Assembly (NCBI GenBank): GCA_048270185.1 | Contig: JBLWTJ010000003.1 | Span: forward strand, 128,001 to 192,000 | Length of the DNA stretch: 64,000 nucleotides | From: Bacteriovoracaceae bacterium | Lineage (GTDB): Bacteria; Bdellovibrionota; Bacteriovoracia; Bacteriovoracales; Bacteriovoracaceae | Reading direction: 5' to 3' | In this document: in pieces, positions 59,806 to 64,000 of the stretch | How the letters are laid out: every line of letters begins with the position of its first letter | Numbering within the stretch: position 1 is the first letter of the stretch | Translations under genes and position numbers: made by a program | The notes under the pieces: model-generated | Seen by the model: the letters and a program-made list of their open reading frames with translations, nothing else | The model's database searches: none | Told to the model about the DNA's origin: nothing

Positions 59806-60339
59806 ATGATGAAAAGATTAACAATATTTCTAATGACTTTTTTACTAGCATTTTCAGTTATGGCCGATCGAGGAGACGGTAGTCGTAAAAAACGTGGCGG
59901 AAAAGAAAGAGGAGCACGCCATGAGCAGATGAAAGAGTTAGATGAAGATATTTCTAAACTTTCAAAAGAAGACCTTAAGAAGTTGGAAGCTGAGTTTGCT
60001 AAGTTCCAAGAAGAACAACATAGGAAGAAGATTGAACTTGAAAAGAAAGTATTTAAGCTTAGAGAGAAATTTTTAAAAGAAAATGAAAAGAAAGTTTTCG
60101 CTCACCTGGAAGAAATAAATAAATTAAAGAAAGGTCTTAAATTTGGACAAAAAGATAAGAATAAAGAAATTAGAAAGCAAATAAAAGATAAGAGTCGAGA
60201 ATTTAGAAAAGAGATGAAAACTGCAAGACATGAAGATCAGCGCGGTGAAATAAAGAAACTAAAGAAAGAGTTTCATGAAGAAATGAAAGAAGCACGAAAG
60301 AAGTTTAAAGAAAAAATTAAATCTTATCGAAAGAAGTAG
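59806..60339 (+). CDS. Periplasmic highly charged helical protein (possibly Spy/CpxP-like)
   Basis: Signal peptide, Lys/Glu-rich body, AGGAG RBS. Confidence 0.7.
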   Translation: MMKRLTIFLMTFLLAFSVMADRGDGSRKKRGGKERGARHEQMKELDEDISKLSKEDLKKLEAEFAKFQEEQHRKKIELEKKVFKLREKFLKENEKKVFAHLEEINKLKKGLKFGQKDKNKEIRKQIKDKSREFRKEMKTARHEDQRGEIKKLKKEFHEEMKEARKKFKEKIKSYRKK

Positions 60340-60348
60340 ATAGAAAAG

Positions 60349-60377
60349 AAAAGCCGCTTATAAAGCGGCTTTTTTTA
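60349..60377. terminator. Bidirectional intrinsic terminator
   Basis: AAAAGCCGCTT-ATA-AAGCGGCTTTT overlapping the lipB stop. Confidence 0.85.
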
Positions 60378-61098
60378 TTTCTTTAATTAATTGATCGATT
60401 AATTTGAGCCTGTACTCATCCTGACTCTCAATCTTACTTGTCGAAATACTACAGAGTGTATTGTAGATATCCCCTGGAAGTCCACAAGGGAAGGTCAGTC
60501 TTAGGGCCGAGTTCATTTTCTCTGATGGATAAACATTTAAGGCCATTCCATGCATTGAAACAAAGCGCTTAAGTTGGACACCCATTGAAGCAAGTTTCTT
60601 TTCTCCATGCCAAAGACCTAAGAGAGGTCGATCAAAATCAAGACTTTCAATTGTCTCATCATTTGCACCAATTGAATTGACAGTCATTTTAAAGAGATTA
60701 TTAATGAGCTCAATCGTTTTTAATTTTTGTTCAGCTATGTGAATGATAGGGTAAACAATTAATTGTCCTGGATGGTGAAAAGTTAAGCCACCACCTCTTT
60801 TAATATTTACAACTGGAACATCGATCTTATCAACAATGGCCTGATCAAAGTCAACTAAACCATGTTCTTCAATTTGATTGCGTTGAAGTCCTCGGCCCAT
60901 TGTGAAAACTTCTGGGTGAGAAGTGATAATATAGATCATCTCACTAGAATTATTGTAGATATATTCATTGGACTTCTCTTGGAAGGCAAGTGCCTCTTCA
61001 TAGTCCCAATTATCTTTGTGAAAGATATGAAGCTTATCATCTGATTCCAGCTGATAATTAGAAATATTTAAATCAGTGATTAATTCTTTAAACGTCAT
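60358..61098 (-). CDS. lipB: Octanoyltransferase LipB
   Basis: HPEVFTMGR, RGGGLTFHHPGQL, KLASMG, HGMALNV and PCGL motifs. Confidence 0.92.
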   Translation of the reverse strand: MTFKELITDLNISNYQLESDDKLHIFHKDNWDYEEALAFQEKSNEYIYNNSSEMIYIITSHPEVFTMGRGLQRNQIEEHGLVDFDQAIVDKIDVPVVNIKRGGGLTFHHPGQLIVYPIIHIAEQKLKTIELINNLFKMTVNSIGANDETIESLDFDRPLLGLWHGEKKLASMGVQLKRFVSMHGMALNVYPSEKMNSALRLTFPCGLPGDIYNTLCSISTSKIESQDEYRLKLIDQLIKEIKKAAL

Positions 61099-62074
61099 GA
61101 CCTTTCGCTCTTAAGTGGTCAAGGTAGTCACCGGCCTTATAGCTTGAACGAACAAGAGGCCCTGAAGCGACAAATTCAAATCCCATGTCATAGGCAGCTT
61201 GCTTATAGAATTCAAATTCTTGAGGTTTGTAGTATCTTTCAACTTTTAAATGTCTCATCGTTGGACGCATATATTGCCCAAGAGTCACAATATCACAACC
61301 AACATCACGAAGGTCTTGCATTGTCTGCAGAATTTCTTCGTGAGTTTCACCAAGTCCTACCATAATAGAAGACTTAGTTGAGATATGTGGGTAATTTTCT
61401 TTATAGAATTTTAGACAAGCTAGAGTTTGTTCATAACCTGCACGACGGTCGCGCACGTCATGAGTTAGTCTTTTAACAGTTTCAATATTTTGTGCAATAA
61501 CAAATGGGTTACTCTTTGCAAGAGTGTGCATATGTTCTTCAACACCGTTAAAGTCAGGAATTAAAACTTCAACAAGAGTATCAGGGTAGTCTTTATTGAT
61601 TCTTTTAACGACGTTTCCAAAGTGGCTTGCTCCAAAGTCAGGCAGATCGTCACGATCAACACTTGTGACAACAAGATACTTTAGTGACATTGTCTCAACC
61701 ATATTGGCCGCATTTTCTATTTCATTAAAATCAACAACACCTTTTGGATTTCCTGTATCAACGTGGCAGAATTTACAAGCACGAGTACATGTTCCTCCAA
61801 GGATCATCATCGTCGCAGTCTTTGCCGACCAGCATTCTGAAATATTAGGACAACTTGCTTCTTCGCAAACAGTGAAGAGCTTCTTTTCGCGAAGTTCTTT
61901 TTTTACTTCTTTGAAGTTATCTCCGGTAGGGATTCCGACTCTTAGCCACTCAGGTTTTCTCTCAAGGTTACGAGCTTCAAGCTCCTTTCCTTTATTTAGT
62001 CGGGCCTTCTTTTCTTGAATTTTCTGGCGTTGGGCCTCGTAGCTACCGGTCTTCTGGTCTGTTACTTGTGTCAT
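61088..62074 (-). CDS. lipA: Lipoyl synthase LipA
   Basis: CEEASCPNISEC, CTRACKFC and PLVRSSY motifs. Confidence 0.97.
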   Translation of the reverse strand: MTQVTDQKTGSYEAQRQKIQEKKARLNKGKELEARNLERKPEWLRVGIPTGDNFKEVKKELREKKLFTVCEEASCPNISECWSAKTATMMILGGTCTRACKFCHVDTGNPKGVVDFNEIENAANMVETMSLKYLVVTSVDRDDLPDFGASHFGNVVKRINKDYPDTLVEVLIPDFNGVEEHMHTLAKSNPFVIAQNIETVKRLTHDVRDRRAGYEQTLACLKFYKENYPHISTKSSIMVGLGETHEEILQTMQDLRDVGCDIVTLGQYMRPTMRHLKVERYYKPQEFEFYKQAAYDMGFEFVASGPLVRSSYKAGDYLDHLRAKGHDV

Positions 62075-62156
62075 TTAAAATACCTCAAAATATGTCTTAG
62101 CTTATAGCAGTTTAGGGCCTTTAAGTTAAGACATATGATGAGTTAGTATGTAATTT

Positions 62157-63998
62157 CTATGCTTTAGACTCGACTTTTGAGCTCTTCATACTCAATAATG
62201 CGGCCGGGAGCACAACTAAGTCCGCTAAAAGCGCCAGTGATAGAATAATTGAACAGTAAACACCAAACTTTTGATTTGGCACAAAGTCTCCAAGATAGAA
62301 GAGTCCAAAGGCCACTGTTAGCATCGCTGTTGTTAGGGCCAAGGCCTTTCCTGTTTGGTGCATTGTTGATGCAAGAGCATCGTGCCCATTCATGCCTTGT
62401 AGAACCTTGAGCTTGTAATTGGAAATAAAGTGAATGGTATCATCGACAGCAATCCCTAAACAGACTGCAAAGACGATAACGTTTCCAATATTTAAATCAT
62501 CTCCAACTAAGTACATTATTCCGGCCGCCACTGAAAGTGGGAAGACATTTGGAATAAGAGAGAGAAGAGCTAATTTAAGATCCTTGAAAACAAAGAGGAT
62601 AATTAAGAAAATAATCGGAAGAGAAATACTCATGGAAGTCAGAAGTGTATTTACAACAAGATCATTAACTCGATTATAAATTGGAGATTGTCCTGCTTCA
62701 TAGATATGAATTCCAATCTCTTTTGCTTTCTTTAAGATCTCATCTGTTTTTGCAATCGCCGCTGTTGAGTCATTGATATCCCACATAACAAGAACTCTAA
62801 ATCTTCGATTATCAAGTGATAGTTGGTTCTTTAAATCAAGTCCTTGCGGAAGCCCTAGTGTATAGAGGAAGAGTTGGTCGGCAATGGCCCTTCTTGTATC
62901 AGGGACAGCATAGAAATCTTCATTATCACTATGAAGAGTTTTATTCATTTGCTTTACAATATCTAAGACTGAACTGACACGAATAATTTTTTCGTCCTTA
63001 AGCATCCACTGAGTTAGTTCATCAGCTTTTTTCATGAACTCTGGATCTTTTACTCCCTCAGGCTTTTCAGAATCAAAAACTAGCTCAATCATTCTTGAAC
63101 CGCCAAACTCCTTACGAACCATATCAAAAGCCTTTTTCACTGGAGTATGGTCATCAAAGTACTCAATTGGATCGGCATTGATATAATTTTGCATTCCAAA
63201 ATAAATTGAAGCAATTGTCACAATAGGTGTGATGATATTAATGGCAAGCTTATATTTTTCAGCGAAATTAAAGATTCCATCAAATGCAGTAAATTTACTA
63301 TCATCGTATCTTTCTACTTTAAAGTGAACCTTTGTTAGTAGCGGCCCTAGGAAGAAGTAAGTATAGAACCAAGCAATACAAGTCCCAATTCCTGAAAGAA
63401 TTCCCAGATTATAAATTGGCTTAATTTCAGTTGAAGTAAGTGAGAAGAATCCAATGGCCGTTGTTAGTGTCGTAAGAAGAGTTGGTATGAAATTCTTCTT
63501 AAGAGCAGCTATTGCTGCATCATGCTCATTCATGCGATCAAAAATATAAAAGTGCCTATACGTAATAAGAATATGAATAGAGTCCGCAAGTCCAATCGCA
63601 ATGAGAATTGCAGGTAGAGCGGCAATAATACTTGAGAGCTCAATTCCTAAGTGCCCCTCTACTCCAAATGCTGAAATAATTGAAAGTCCAACAAGTGAGA
63701 AAGGAAGAATGATTCCCAAAAAATTTCTAAAGAAAAGAAAGAGGATAAGAGATAGGATTCCAACAACAATTGGAAACACAACCATCATATCACGGTCTGA
63801 TGCTCGCTGGAGTGACTCATTAATAAATGAAATACCTCCAAGGTAGAATTTAACATCCGGAACTTTATTGTGATACTTCTCAAGAAGTGCTTCCGTGTCG
63901 ACAACGACCTGATCATACGGAGGCGTTCCATCAAATGTATCAAGGAATGCACGAATATAAGTAAAACGTCCTGATTTAGAAATTGTCGAATTTACTAG
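62157..63998 (-). CDS. MMPL/RND-family transporter (5' end outside the window)
   Basis: GLADSIH and GIAVDDTIHF motifs; reading frame stays open from 63788 to the window edge. Confidence 0.9.
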   Translation of the reverse strand, partial: LVNSTISKSGRFTYIRAFLDTFDGTPPYDQVVVDTEALLEKYHNKVPDVKFYLGGISFINESLQRASDRDMMVVFPIVVGILSLILFLFFRNFLGIILPFSLVGLSIISAFGVEGHLGIELSSIIAALPAILIAIGLADSIHILITYRHFYIFDRMNEHDAAIAALKKNFIPTLLTTLTTAIGFFSLTSTEIKPIYNLGILSGIGTCIAWFYTYFFLGPLLTKVHFKVERYDDSKFTAFDGIFNFAEKYKLAINIITPIVTIASIYFGMQNYINADPIEYFDDHTPVKKAFDMVRKEFGGSRMIELVFDSEKPEGVKDPEFMKKADELTQWMLKDEKIIRVSSVLDIVKQMNKTLHSDNEDFYAVPDTRRAIADQLFLYTLGLPQGLDLKNQLSLDNRRFRVLVMWDINDSTAAIAKTDEILKKAKEIGIHIYEAGQSPIYNRVNDLVVNTLLTSMSISLPIIFLIILFVFKDLKLALLSLIPNVFPLSVAAGIMYLVGDDLNIGNVIVFAVCLGIAVDDTIHFISNYKLKVLQGMNGHDALASTMHQTGKALALTTAMLTVAFGLFYLGDFVPNQKFGVYCSIILSLALLADLVVLPAALLSMKSSKVESKA

Positions 63999-64000
63999 CT

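Overview
AT-rich bacterial chromosomal window with about 65 CDSs and one tRNA. It contains no CRISPR array, rRNA, prophage or intact transposase. Many lineage-specific secreted hypothetical proteins sit among housekeeping genes (yebC, slyX, selO, srkA, acs, recQ, tesA-ybbA-ybbP, tag, msrAB, monomeric icd, lipAB). This pattern suggests a predatory Bdellovibrionota (Bacteriovorax/Halobacteriovorax-like) genome, which is an inference. The most striking unexplained structure is at 13503-13992. A signal-peptide-bearing 96-aa leader ORF ends in GLSPPYHLI, and its Ser-Pro-Pro codons base-pair with the Shine-Dalgarno sequence of an unannotated downstream 51-aa membrane protein. This is the layout of SecM/MifM/CutF-type ribosome-stalling sensors. 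Other signals: widespread apparently leaderless genes, strong GGCC over-representation, a divergent pair of matching ECF-sigma promoters, candidate sigma28/sigma54/ECF16 promoters, a tRNA-Arg(UCG) with a duplicated 3' end enclosing a structured insert, a MITE/REP-like element, a fasciclin-lipocalin fusion and two secreted low-complexity repeat proteins. All calls come from reading the sequence by eye; no database searches were run.
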